Shown here one piece after another: positions 1 to 8,302 of a DNA stretch of 57,153 nt (its first letter is position 1; the number at the start of each line of letters is the position of its first letter). The stretch is from Gammaproteobacteria bacterium (GTDB lineage: Bacteria > Pseudomonadota > Gammaproteobacteria > UBA6429 > Thiohalophilaceae), in contig JBGMRJ010000005.1 in NCBI GenBank assembly GCA_048061315.1, positions 1-57,153 on the forward strand, in the 5' to 3' direction. Made by a program: the position numbers and the translations under genes. The notes under the pieces were generated by a model. That model saw nothing but the letters and a program-made list of their open reading frames with translations, did no database searches and was not told the origin of the DNA.

Positions 1-518
1 AAATTCAGGCGATTGATTATGATAGTACTGTAATAGAAATTACCGAGAAATATTTTTCAAATTCAAATTTATCTGAGTTAAATATAATTAATCGTGAAGC
101 AAAACAGTATATTTCGAACTCGTTAACAACTAATACTGATATACTCTTTATCGATTTGTTTTCTCATGGGGCAATACCGAATTTCTTTAATGACATCGAA
201 TTCTATGAAAATTGTAAAAGAAACTCGAGATCAGGTGTTATTGTTTTCAACTTGATAATCGAAACAGAGAACTCCTTTAAACACCTTATGGGTTTAATAT
301 TATCTGTTTTTAATAAACGCTGCTTGTGTCTTACGGTAGCGGATTTTAAAAATATAATTGTCCTTGCTTTTAGTGAAAGTTGTGAATTTGAAAATGATGT
401 GATGGAATTACGAGCTAAGTGTATTTCTTTGCAAAATTCATATAAAATTAATTTTAGTGATTTGCTTGATGAAATCATAATGAGCAACGAGTGTATCGAC
501 AATAAAATTAAAATTTAA
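1..518 (+). CDS. Spermidine synthase-like class I SAM-dependent methyltransferase, C-terminal fragment (5' end lies outside the window)
   Basis: The frame beginning at base 3 is open through to the stop at 516-518. The translation IQAIDYDSTVIEITEKYF...TDILFIDLFSHG... looks like the AdoMet-fold core of spermidine-synthase-like proteins. The ORF track only reports the part after an internal TTG at 156. Confidence 0.55.
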   Translation, partial: IQAIDYDSTVIEITEKYFSNSNLSELNIINREAKQYISNSLTTNTDILFIDLFSHGAIPNFFNDIEFYENCKRNSRSGVIVFNLIIETENSFKHLMGLILSVFNKRCLCLTVADFKNIIVLAFSESCEFENDVMELRAKCISLQNSYKINFSDLLDEIIMSNECIDNKIKI

Positions 519-1465
519 TTTTCTATAAAGTTGACTCTTTTCGTGATTATTATTGTCGATATTAATCCAACCAATACCGCAAACCACAATGATGTAATCC
601 GAATTATAATCGGTGCCATGATCACAATTTCCTTTGGTGCGCCAAAATAGTATAAAAATACCCCCATTACAATTTCTGTGCTGCCTATTCCGCCAGGGAT
701 AAATGATAATGCACCAGAAATTAATGCTATCGAATAAATACTTATCGCGGTATAAAATGGTATTTCAAATCCCAGCTGTTGGAGTAATATATAAAACGCA
801 GCTCCTTGTATTGACCAGGCAAAAAAACCGATAATTAATCCTATGCTCAGTGGTTGTGGTTGTAATAATATTTGTGTGTGAGCTAGTAAATTATTTATGG
901 ATTCAATAATTTTATTAAGACGTGCAGATTTAAAGTTGTTGTTATACTTAAGTAGAAATGTTTGTAAATATTTTATTCTTAAAGTGAAAATTATGAGCAA
1001 TATTGTAGTGAGTAATAAACTGATGAATACAGCATAGTCATCGTGTTGATACAATAACAAACTTGAAAGAACTGTAACTATGGCTAAATCAAGTAGTCGC
1101 TCAATGATAAATGCTGAAATACTTTTAGTGTAATTTATCCCATGTTGGTATAAATACAATGAGCGTATTGTTTCACCAATTTTAGCCGGTGAAATGGTTA
1201 AAGCAAACCCGGATAAATAATATAAAAAATGCTGCAGATGTGGAATATTAAATCCCAGCTTATTTACAAAATACGCCCAACGACAATATCGGAGAATGTA
1301 GCTGGTAAACGAACAAGCTACCAGGCCTAACCAACCACTGACGCTAATTTTTTTAATAACAGAAATACTGCTTTCCCAACCTAAAAATATCACCGAAATT
1401 AGATATAATGATATTGCTACTATTATCATTAATATAATTGATTTTAAGTGTTTCTGGATAAACAT
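515..1465 (-). CDS. Flippase-like / lysylphosphatidylglycerol-synthase TM-region family (UPF0104) integral membrane protein
   Basis: 316 aa with multiple hydrophobic helices along its whole length. The C-terminal IPGGIGSTE motif is typical of this family. Confidence 0.6.
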   Translation of the reverse strand: MFIQKHLKSIILMIIVAISLYLISVIFLGWESSISVIKKISVSGWLGLVACSFTSYILRYCRWAYFVNKLGFNIPHLQHFLYYLSGFALTISPAKIGETIRSLYLYQHGINYTKSISAFIIERLLDLAIVTVLSSLLLYQHDDYAVFISLLLTTILLIIFTLRIKYLQTFLLKYNNNFKSARLNKIIESINNLLAHTQILLQPQPLSIGLIIGFFAWSIQGAAFYILLQQLGFEIPFYTAISIYSIALISGALSFIPGGIGSTEIVMGVFLYYFGAPKEIVIMAPIIIRITSLWFAVLVGLISTIIITKRVNFIEN

Positions 1466-1603
1466 GTTAAGTGATTTTGTGTTCGTGATAAAATCGAGTT
1501 AGTATATAATACATAAGCAATTAAGATAACTATTGCTTTAAATAAATAATCAGGTAAGTTACCTGGTTATACGTTATTCAATTTAAACTAATAAGGTACC
1601 AAT

Positions 1604-1897
1604 ATGGCTTCAACCGTTGATGACTTAACAATTGATTATACCGAAGATGACAAATTAATAATTAAACAACTGGATAAAGAAGTTCTTACAAAAGGTGCAT
1701 GGTCGACTATTGTCTACCGATTTGAAGAATGGAACCGTACCAAAGAGGAGTATGGTCCAAATAAATATTCAATTCGCCGTTACCAAAAACGAAATGATGA
1801 ATACCGTCAAAAATCCAAATTTAATATTACAAATCGTGGTCAGGCTGAAAAATTAATTGCCATTTTACAAAAATGGCTTGATGAAAATCCTGAATAG
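1604..1897 (+). CDS. Hypothetical small protein (97 aa)
   Basis: Clean ORF with an AAGG-type RBS region upstream (ctaataaggtaccaatATG). No domain recognised. Confidence 0.5.
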   Translation: MASTVDDLTIDYTEDDKLIIKQLDKEVLTKGAWSTIVYRFEEWNRTKEEYGPNKYSIRRYQKRNDEYRQKSKFNITNRGQAEKLIAILQKWLDENPE

Positions 1898-2019
1898 CTA
1901 AGTTACGGATTTTACAACAGGATTGTCGTTATTATGTTAAGAATCTTTTACCTGCTTATTTACCTGTATTTTCATAATTCTGTATTAACGTAATAGTTGG
2001 CCTGCTTTATGCATCTTAG

Positions 2020-2481
2020 TTGTTAACAGAATATGAGATTACAAATATGAATACGGTAATGAAACCAATGCGTAGTTATATACGACATCCATCAGATATC
2101 CCACTTGAATATAAGCTTAAATCAGTTGGTGATAGTGCGACATTAAACTTAAATAATGTTAGTTATGGCGGTGTTTCGTTTAACTCTGAGCAATCGCTTA
2201 AAGAAGGTTCAATAATTGAACTTAAGATCTTGTTTGTAAAACCCGAATTTGTCAGTAAATGTCTGGTTACCTGGTGTCAAATGGAAGGCGATATTTACGT
2301 AATAGGGGCAATGTTTTTAGAGCAGAATGACGTTTATATGGCAAGAATGGTTGAACAAATTTGTCACATTGAGCATTACAAGAATGAAGTTAAACGCCGT
2401 GAAGGCCGAGTGATAAGTGGTGAACAAGCTGCTAATGAGTGGATTGCCAGATTTGCGAGTAATTTCCCGAAATTAACATAA
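2020..2481 (+). CDS. PilZ domain c-di-GMP receptor protein
   Basis: Contains RxxxR (RSYIR) followed by the N-x-S-x-x-G motif (NVSYGG), the two halves of the PilZ c-di-GMP binding signature. The true start is possibly the ATG at 2047. Confidence 0.7.
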   Translation: MLTEYEITNMNTVMKPMRSYIRHPSDIPLEYKLKSVGDSATLNLNNVSYGGVSFNSEQSLKEGSIIELKILFVKPEFVSKCLVTWCQMEGDIYVIGAMFLEQNDVYMARMVEQICHIEHYKNEVKRREGRVISGEQAANEWIARFASNFPKLT

Positions 2482-2594
2482 GATATTAATTTAATTGTAG
2501 ATTTGTGTAATTCCGGGATTGCCATTTTCGTAACAACGGGTAATATTAACAGGTGATTTTACGGGAATAGAGCAAGTAATAACTTATAATAAAT

Positions 2595-3539
2595 ATGGAT
2601 AGACGTAGCGTTCTTGGTTATTTATCAGTGATTGGCATCTTTGGGTTCTATGGCAATCGTTTTTTGTCCCCGAAAGCAACTGATTCAAAACCTCAGACAT
2701 TTGATACACCCAATAAAACCAGAATAAAACCGAAACAGCCGGTTCAAACAATTTTGGTCGAAACTCCCCCCAAAATTGAAACAGCTGTCACTTCTCGTGA
2801 AATTCAAGTAATCGATAATTCTGTTGTTGATTATTTGTATAAAATTAAGCATTTTAATAAGAACTTCAAAACGGATATATTTCTTAATGAGGAGAAATTT
2901 TTCGTTTTAAAACGGTTGTCGCGACGATTGAATCGCGCTCAAACCATTATTGGCTATATGAATTTTAGTATTCTTGATTTTCCAATGTTAATGCGATATT
3001 CAAAAAATTATCCTGCAATTGGTAAATTTACTGATTCGGAAGTTGGATTAATAGAGGAACTTATAACGCGCACAGCAACTGACTACGGTTTTTTTGGAGA
3101 TAAGTTGATTGATAATATGAACGATAAAATACCGAAACAGTATTTGAGTAAAATATCAAATTCAGGTCAATATTTATATAAGCATCAGGCTCAGCGATTA
3201 TTCAAGCGCATTCAAAACGAAGTTGGAGATCAAGTTATATTAACTTCCGGGGTGCGTGGCTTAATGAAACAATTACAATTGTTTACCGCTAAGGCTGTTA
3301 AGACCGGTGGTAATTTGTCACGTGCATCGCGCTCACTTGCACCCCCGGGCCATTCATATCATGGAATTGGCGATTTTGATATTGGCGATATCAGTTTGGG
3401 GAAATTAAATTTCACCGAGACGTTTTCAGAGACTAGTATTTATAAAAAACTGGTTGATTTGGGATTTATAAAAATACGATACGATTCGAATAATAAGTTT
3501 GGTGTTCGTTACGAGCCTTGGCATATCAAAGTGAGTTAA
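2595..3539 (+). CDS. Exported M15 (LAS/VanY-like) D-alanyl-D-alanine carboxypeptidase family peptidoglycan peptidase
   Basis: N-terminal MDRRSVLGYL twin-arginine-like signal. Also carries SGVRG, S-Y-H-G-I-G-D-F-D and EPWH motifs characteristic of the M15B/C zinc peptidase fold. Confidence 0.7.
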   Translation: MDRRSVLGYLSVIGIFGFYGNRFLSPKATDSKPQTFDTPNKTRIKPKQPVQTILVETPPKIETAVTSREIQVIDNSVVDYLYKIKHFNKNFKTDIFLNEEKFFVLKRLSRRLNRAQTIIGYMNFSILDFPMLMRYSKNYPAIGKFTDSEVGLIEELITRTATDYGFFGDKLIDNMNDKIPKQYLSKISNSGQYLYKHQAQRLFKRIQNEVGDQVILTSGVRGLMKQLQLFTAKAVKTGGNLSRASRSLAPPGHSYHGIGDFDIGDISLGKLNFTETFSETSIYKKLVDLGFIKIRYDSNNKFGVRYEPWHIKVS

Positions 3540-4910
3540 GTGAGAATGATTAAAAATCTTAAATCTGTTGCTATTGTGTTTATGTTATTTGTTATTCTAC
3601 CGAATATAACTTATGCTCAAAAATTACAATTTAGTTTGCATAAGTTAGAATCGGGACAGTCAGGGCCACGAATTTTGGTATTAGGCGGAATTCAAGGTGA
3701 TGAACCGGGTGGTTTTAATGCCGCATCCTTGTTGGTAACAGATTATAAAATAACCCGTGGCTCAGTTTGGGTTGTACCCAATTTAAATTTTGAAAGCATA
3801 ATTAAACGATCACGTGGCATACACGGTGATATGAATCGAAAGTTTTCACAAATTAAACGCTCTGATCCTGAGTATCAATCTATTCAAAAAATAAAATCAT
3901 TAATCGTAAATAATGACATTGATATCATTTTAAATCTTCATGATGGTAGTGGGTTTTATCGAACAAAATATATTGATAAACAGCACAATCCCAATCGATG
4001 GGGTCAAAGTATTATTATTGATCAAGACACCGTTTCGGCGAAAAAATTTGGTCGTTTGCAATATATCGCTAATTCAGTAATGAATTCTGTTAATACTAAA
4101 ATATCTAATTCTAATCATTATTATGCTGTTAAAAACACCTGGACGAAAAATGGTGATGTGGAAATGGAAAAAACCTTAACGTATTTTGCAATTAAAAATT
4201 CGAAGCCTGCTTTTGGAATTGAAGCTAGTAAAAGCTTTTTGACCCATGAACGTGTTTTATTTCATCTATTGGTTGTTGAAAGTTTTATGGATAATGTAGG
4301 TGTTAGATATCAGAAAGAATTTAAACTGACGCTAAATACTATACATGGCTTGTTAAATAATAATATCAAAGTAAGTTTGTATAATAACCATATTCAGTTT
4401 GATGCCTCAAAAGCAAGGACACGGATTGGATATGTTCCAATAAACAAGAATGCGCCATTGCAGTTCAAATCAAATAATCCGCTTGTTGCAATCACATCAT
4501 CTAAAACAAAAAAATACAAAGTGAACTTTGGTAATCGACAGCTAACTTATCTTGAACCGGAATATTTTGATTTTGACCATAAATTAGTAAAGGTAGATTT
4601 TGTTATTGATGGTAATTTACAAAATATTAAAATTGGAAGTAGAATCAGGGTGAAAAACCATTTTATGGTTAACCATATCCATGGTTACCGCGTTAATATC
4701 ATTGGTTATCGAAATAAGGCATCACGTAATGAAAGTGGTTATATAGTAAAAAAATCAAATATAAATAAACGTTTTTCTATTGATAAAACTGCAAATGTGT
4801 ATCGAGTCGAGTTTTATGATGGTAAAAAATTCAGTGGCATGGTTTTAGTTGATTTTGGTAAACAATCCTACACTTCACTAGATAACACAATAGCACCAGA
4901 TTATATGTAA
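3540..4910 (+). CDS. Csd4/Pgp1-like (M14-related, 'M99') peptidoglycan DL-carboxypeptidase
   Basis: Signal peptide ending in TYAQ. The motif GGIQGDEPGG carries a Q-x-x-E metal-ligand motif instead of the H-x-x-E of classical M14, followed by LNLHDG. At 456 aa, the size is consistent with a three-domain protein. The stop of the upstream M15 gene abuts the start (taaGTG). The ATG at 3546 is an alternative start. Confidence 0.65.
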   Translation: MRMIKNLKSVAIVFMLFVILPNITYAQKLQFSLHKLESGQSGPRILVLGGIQGDEPGGFNAASLLVTDYKITRGSVWVVPNLNFESIIKRSRGIHGDMNRKFSQIKRSDPEYQSIQKIKSLIVNNDIDIILNLHDGSGFYRTKYIDKQHNPNRWGQSIIIDQDTVSAKKFGRLQYIANSVMNSVNTKISNSNHYYAVKNTWTKNGDVEMEKTLTYFAIKNSKPAFGIEASKSFLTHERVLFHLLVVESFMDNVGVRYQKEFKLTLNTIHGLLNNNIKVSLYNNHIQFDASKARTRIGYVPINKNAPLQFKSNNPLVAITSSKTKKYKVNFGNRQLTYLEPEYFDFDHKLVKVDFVIDGNLQNIKIGSRIRVKNHFMVNHIHGYRVNIIGYRNKASRNESGYIVKKSNINKRFSIDKTANVYRVEFYDGKKFSGMVLVDFGKQSYTSLDNTIAPDYM

Positions 4911-4920
4911 AAAAAATTTG

Positions 4921-5235
4921 TTATTTAAAATAAAAAACCTCGCCATATTCGTGGCGTCCAGTTTTAAGATTTTTATAATTCGTAATCATAATAATTGTTT
5001 TTAATATTTCCGGGGTGGATATTTTATCTACATTCAATGCTATAGAAATTAATTTTAGTTCACTATCGTGTTCCGGGACATCAATGAATTGTTTAATCCC
5101 GGTGTTGGAATTAGCAGGAGCAAGAGATTTCAGTGTGCGGATTTTAGCATCCCAAATAATATTTTGATGATTAAATAATCCTGGGAATTTTATATGGGCT
5201 AAAGTTGGCTTTAAGCTTACTACTTCGTATTTCAT
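4921..5235 (-). CDS. Hypothetical protein (104 aa)
   Basis: ORF whose ATG overlaps the stop of the upstream gene by 1 nt (TAATG), implying translational coupling. No domain recognised. Confidence 0.5.
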   Translation of the reverse strand: MKYEVVSLKPTLAHIKFPGLFNHQNIIWDAKIRTLKSLAPANSNTGIKQFIDVPEHDSELKLISIALNVDKISTPEILKTIIMITNYKNLKTGRHEYGEVFYFK

Positions 5236-5684
5236 TACTTATTTTTATGTTTCGTTCTAATTTCAAAATTAACGACTGACTGGATTATATCGTCATAGGG
5301 GTAATTTTCGATTGACTGATATTTGGTAATAGCATTTTTAAGCAATTCGATAATATTAGAAATGTTAGTGTCTTCTGAGTTTTCAATTAAGCGTTGTAAC
5401 CCCAGCAACCCACCAATCTGAATTTTAATTTCTTTCTTGTGAGGTAATGGGCCATCAATTTTCGTTTGTTTTAAAGAAAAACGTGCATGTTCCCGAAGCG
5501 TTATTAAAAAATGCTTACAGTTTTCTTTTGATTTTAAATTGTTGCATTTAACACCTTCACGACTGGCAAGCAGAAATTTAATGGCGAACTGGCAGGAACA
5601 TCTTTTTGCCGTAATTGATTTTTCAAAACAACACCGATCAGGATTTAGTTGTTTGTAGGTTGAGCGAAAATTGTCTTCATCCAT
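5235..5684 (-). CDS. Four-cysteine protein of unknown function (paralogue of 8303..8734)
   Basis: 149 aa. The N-terminal half has four spaced Cys. The C-terminal half shares IQIGGLLGL...NISNI...YPYDDII...FEIRTKHK with IQHGGLLGL...TISDI...FPYESTI...YKVRSRRK of the ORF at 8303..8734. Confidence 0.55.
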   Translation of the reverse strand: MDEDNFRSTYKQLNPDRCCFEKSITAKRCSCQFAIKFLLASREGVKCNNLKSKENCKHFLITLREHARFSLKQTKIDGPLPHKKEIKIQIGGLLGLQRLIENSEDTNISNIIELLKNAITKYQSIENYPYDDIIQSVVNFEIRTKHKNK

Positions 5685-5711
5685 AATAATTGCTTTAGAC
5701 TAAAATGCGGG

Positions 5712-5951
5712 CTATTTTTCCCATTCTTTAACTATGGAAGCATCTCTTTTTTCTGATAACTTTTCTTCTGCATCGAGTTCAGTATCGGCAAAAATAACTT
5801 TTATTGTCGTATTACTGTCTGTCGGTAATTCACTGCGCAGGGTTTTGGCAGTATTCTTTGCTTCTTTAAAAATATCAAATTTCGTTATTAATTCCAGATT
5901 TTTAATAATATCTGTCGGGCCGGGAGAAATTTTATAGATATAGTAGGGCAT
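5712..5951 (-). CDS. Hypothetical small protein (79 aa)
   Basis: First ORF of a three-gene minus-strand cluster (5951 to 4921). No domain recognised. Confidence 0.45.
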   Translation of the reverse strand: MPYYIYKISPGPTDIIKNLELITKFDIFKEAKNTAKTLRSELPTDSNTTIKVIFADTELDAEEKLSEKRDASIVKEWEK

Positions 5952-6062
5952 AATAAAAACGAGTCTGTTGTAATAATGGAACTCTATTTTATTATCCTAT
6001 GATAGGATATTCAAGTTGATAATAGTGGTAAAATACTGTTTTCTACTTTTAGTGAGATAGGG

Positions 6063-6449
6063 TTGATGGCTAATTCGGATAAATCGATATTAATTATTAT
6101 GGAAAGAGGCGGTTATCCTGATTTTTCATCATTATTTAACAGTGCCGGTTTTGGGGTAGTTATCGAGACTAGTATGCGAAAAGCGATAAGTCGACTAAAA
6201 CGAAATACACCTGATGTTGTAATAGCTGAGTTTAATTTTCAAACTGATTTTAGAGATCGTAGTAGTAGTCTTGAATCTTTAATGGCGACATTACAACGGT
6301 CACCTGATGTTAAAGTTATCGTGTTTTATGAAAAAGAACATGTTATTCACTTTAATCGATTAAAAGAACGTTATGATTTTCATTGTGTCCTGGAATTTCC
6401 AATTTTAGAAAATAAATTGCAGGGTTGCATATTAAATATTACTGAATAA
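6063..6449 (+). CDS. Receiver-like (pseudo-receiver) single-domain protein
   Basis: CheY-like alternating beta-alpha pattern, but ILIIMERGG replaces the acidic DD pocket and VVIAEFNF has Glu where the phospho-acceptor Asp is expected. Confidence 0.45.
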   Translation: MMANSDKSILIIMERGGYPDFSSLFNSAGFGVVIETSMRKAISRLKRNTPDVVIAEFNFQTDFRDRSSSLESLMATLQRSPDVKVIVFYEKEHVIHFNRLKERYDFHCVLEFPILENKLQGCILNITE

Positions 6450-6453
6450 AATT

Positions 6454-6663
6454 TTATGCGTCGATATCCGGAATCAGCTTACTTTCGATAAGAACAATAT
6501 TATCTTTTAATTGTAATTTTCGTTTTTTTAATCGTTTTAACAATATTTGGTCAAAATTAGCTCCCGAAGATAAATTCGTTATAACATCATCCAAATCACG
6601 GTGTTCCAGAATTAAATTTTGTAAGCGTTCTTTTAAAAGTGCTGTTTCTTCATTACTTAGCAT
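6454..6663 (-). CDS. DUF465 / YdcH-family small coiled-coil protein
   Basis: The sequence LKERLQNLILEHRDLDDVI...LKRLKKRKLQLKDNI matches the YdcH pattern. I place the start at the internal ATG (6663). The 24-aa N-terminal extension in the ORF track looks non-coding. Confidence 0.6.
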   Translation of the reverse strand: MLSNEETALLKERLQNLILEHRDLDDVITNLSSGANFDQILLKRLKKRKLQLKDNIVLIESKLIPDIDA

Positions 6664-6917
6664 TGTTAGATAATAGCTGTAAGTTAAATAGTGTGTAGTA
6701 ATTAACCTTGTTCTCAAGAGGAAATTATAATACAAATACTACTACATTTTATATGTTTACTATTACAATTAAAATAGTTTTATTGCTCGAGCTGCTCAAG
6801 CATTGATATGTTAAGATATCATAGCACATGCGAATAATAGTATGACAATAGTGTTTTTCAGGATAGTAGGGTAGTTTTCCTGTATTGAGATTGAATTATG
6901 TTATGTGGATATAACTG

Positions 6918-7301
6918 ATGTTAAATATTAAGACAGAAGAAAGAAGTCATCTAACAGTTAAGGTTATGCATGAACTTGATTCGTGGGGCTTAAAAGCTGA
7001 TGAATTAATTCAAATTCTACAGTTACCCTCGGGGACTCCTAAAAGAGCGTTACGCAAATACCGTGAGAATACCTCATTTCCAATTGCTGCTGAGCTAGAT
7101 AATCGTCTGGATCATGTGATCGGGATAATTAATGCACTTCGAACCAGTTTCCCTCACAATCATAATATGGGCTCTTTTTGGATGAAGCAACGGAATAAGC
7201 GCTTTGAAAATAAATCACCTGTGGCATACATCACATCAGAGGGTTTAGGTGGGTTGATTTCAGTGCGAAAACATCTTGACTGTTCTTATATGCCGGATTG
7301 A
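6918..7301 (+). CDS. Xre/MbcA/ParS-like antitoxin toxin-binding domain (DUF2384) protein with no adjacent toxin
   Basis: The C-terminal FWMKQRNKRFENKSPVAYITSEGLGGLISVRKHLD fits the DUF2384 pattern (W..pN..f.g.sP...i.t..G...V...L). Confidence 0.5.
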   Translation: MLNIKTEERSHLTVKVMHELDSWGLKADELIQILQLPSGTPKRALRKYRENTSFPIAAELDNRLDHVIGIINALRTSFPHNHNMGSFWMKQRNKRFENKSPVAYITSEGLGGLISVRKHLDCSYMPD

Positions 7302-7312
7302 ACTTTCAGACT

Positions 7313-7609
7313 CTATTCGTTATCCTTTTTTTTAGTTGATTTTAACGTACTATCAAGTTGCACAACGACTGATGTTTTTGGTTCGTCAACAAAGTGTGGA
7401 CGCAGTTTTAATTCTCTCCCAGCTTCGCTGGCTAACTCTGATTCTCTTGCACTAATTAATGCCAGGCAATCCCTAATACCGATAATAGTATTTTCGCTCA
7501 GAGGATGTTTTAACCCCGGTTTAATATGGGTATCACGAGCAACATCTGTTAATACCCGTTTCATGATGCGCAGTATTTTTTCTTCTGTAGTACTTTCACT
7601 TTTATCCAT
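7313..7609 (-). CDS. Hypothetical protein
   Basis: ORF 7313..7663. The ATG at 7609 (MDKSESTTEEK...) is the more plausible start. No domain recognised. Confidence 0.4.
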   Translation of the reverse strand: MDKSESTTEEKILRIMKRVLTDVARDTHIKPGLKHPLSENTIIGIRDCLALISARESELASEAGRELKLRPHFVDEPKTSVVVQLDSTLKSTKKKDNE

Positions 7610-7907
7610 ATTTAACACTCGTAGTCCTGACATACTAAAAGCCCATTTTGCCACAAATAACACTTTTTTGATATTTCAGTAATCAGTTTCACTAATTTAA
7701 ATTGTATAAATCGCTTGTTATCTATTTTGAGTGTCTATACTTAAAAATGTGCAGACAACAATGGTGTCTGGATAATCAGTTTTATAATAACTGTATTATA
7801 TCAATAAGTTATTGATATACCAATATTTTTAATAAACCTAGGATAGCAATGCTTGCTCATCTAGCTTGTTTTAGTAAGTTGATATTTAATAGGGTAAGGA
7901 GAATGAA

Positions 7908-8273
7908 ATGACAGATATGTTAAATTATATTCGAGACGGTGAATCATACGACAAAGATCCGAATGGCAATTTAGCTGAATTGGATCCATGGTCAGAATCG
8001 ATAGCTGAAAACCTTGCAAAAGGTGAAAATATTAAACTCAGTGCTGAGCATTGGGATGTTATTCATTTTCTACGTAATTATTTTAAATTATGCGGTTCAG
8101 TTCAAAATGCCCGAGCATTAACAAAAGTTTTGGAAAAACAATATGTAAAAGAAGGTGGTATTAAAAAACTGTATAAACTATTTCCAAACGGGCCTGTTAC
8201 CCAGGCAAGTAAAATAGCGGGTTTACCTGTGCCAGCAGCAAGTAGTGACCCAAGCTTCGGTTATATTCATTAA
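7908..8273 (+). CDS. DsrC/TusE-family protein lacking both C-terminal arm cysteines
   Basis: It aligns along its whole length with E. coli TusE, for example LYKLFPNGPVTQASKIAGLPVP versus [22 protein letters not shown]. The tail is ...PAASSDPSFGYIH instead of ...VKCI. A strong RBS (taaggagaatgaaATG) precedes the start. Confidence 0.8.
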   Translation: MTDMLNYIRDGESYDKDPNGNLAELDPWSESIAENLAKGENIKLSAEHWDVIHFLRNYFKLCGSVQNARALTKVLEKQYVKEGGIKKLYKLFPNGPVTQASKIAGLPVPAASSDPSFGYIH

Positions 8274-8302
8274 TAATAAGCTGATATAGTTTAGAGATAT
8301 CT

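Noticed and set aside
4941-4956. Hairpin CGCCA-tattcg-TGGCG after the Csd4-like gene as a terminator
   Set aside because: It has only a 5-bp stem and falls inside the 3' end of the convergent ORF 4921-5235. Its T-run is short and displaced.
6664-6735. N-terminal extensions of ORF-track calls (6664-6735, and also 18640-18675, 40675-40794 and 46562-46582)
   Set aside because: Internal ATGs give N-termini that match the family (MCGRF for SRAP, MTRMVFC for YggX, a signal peptide for 40177-40674, the DUF465 core). The upstream extensions have an odd composition (for example YYNFLLRTRLITTHYLTYSYY) and no homology support.
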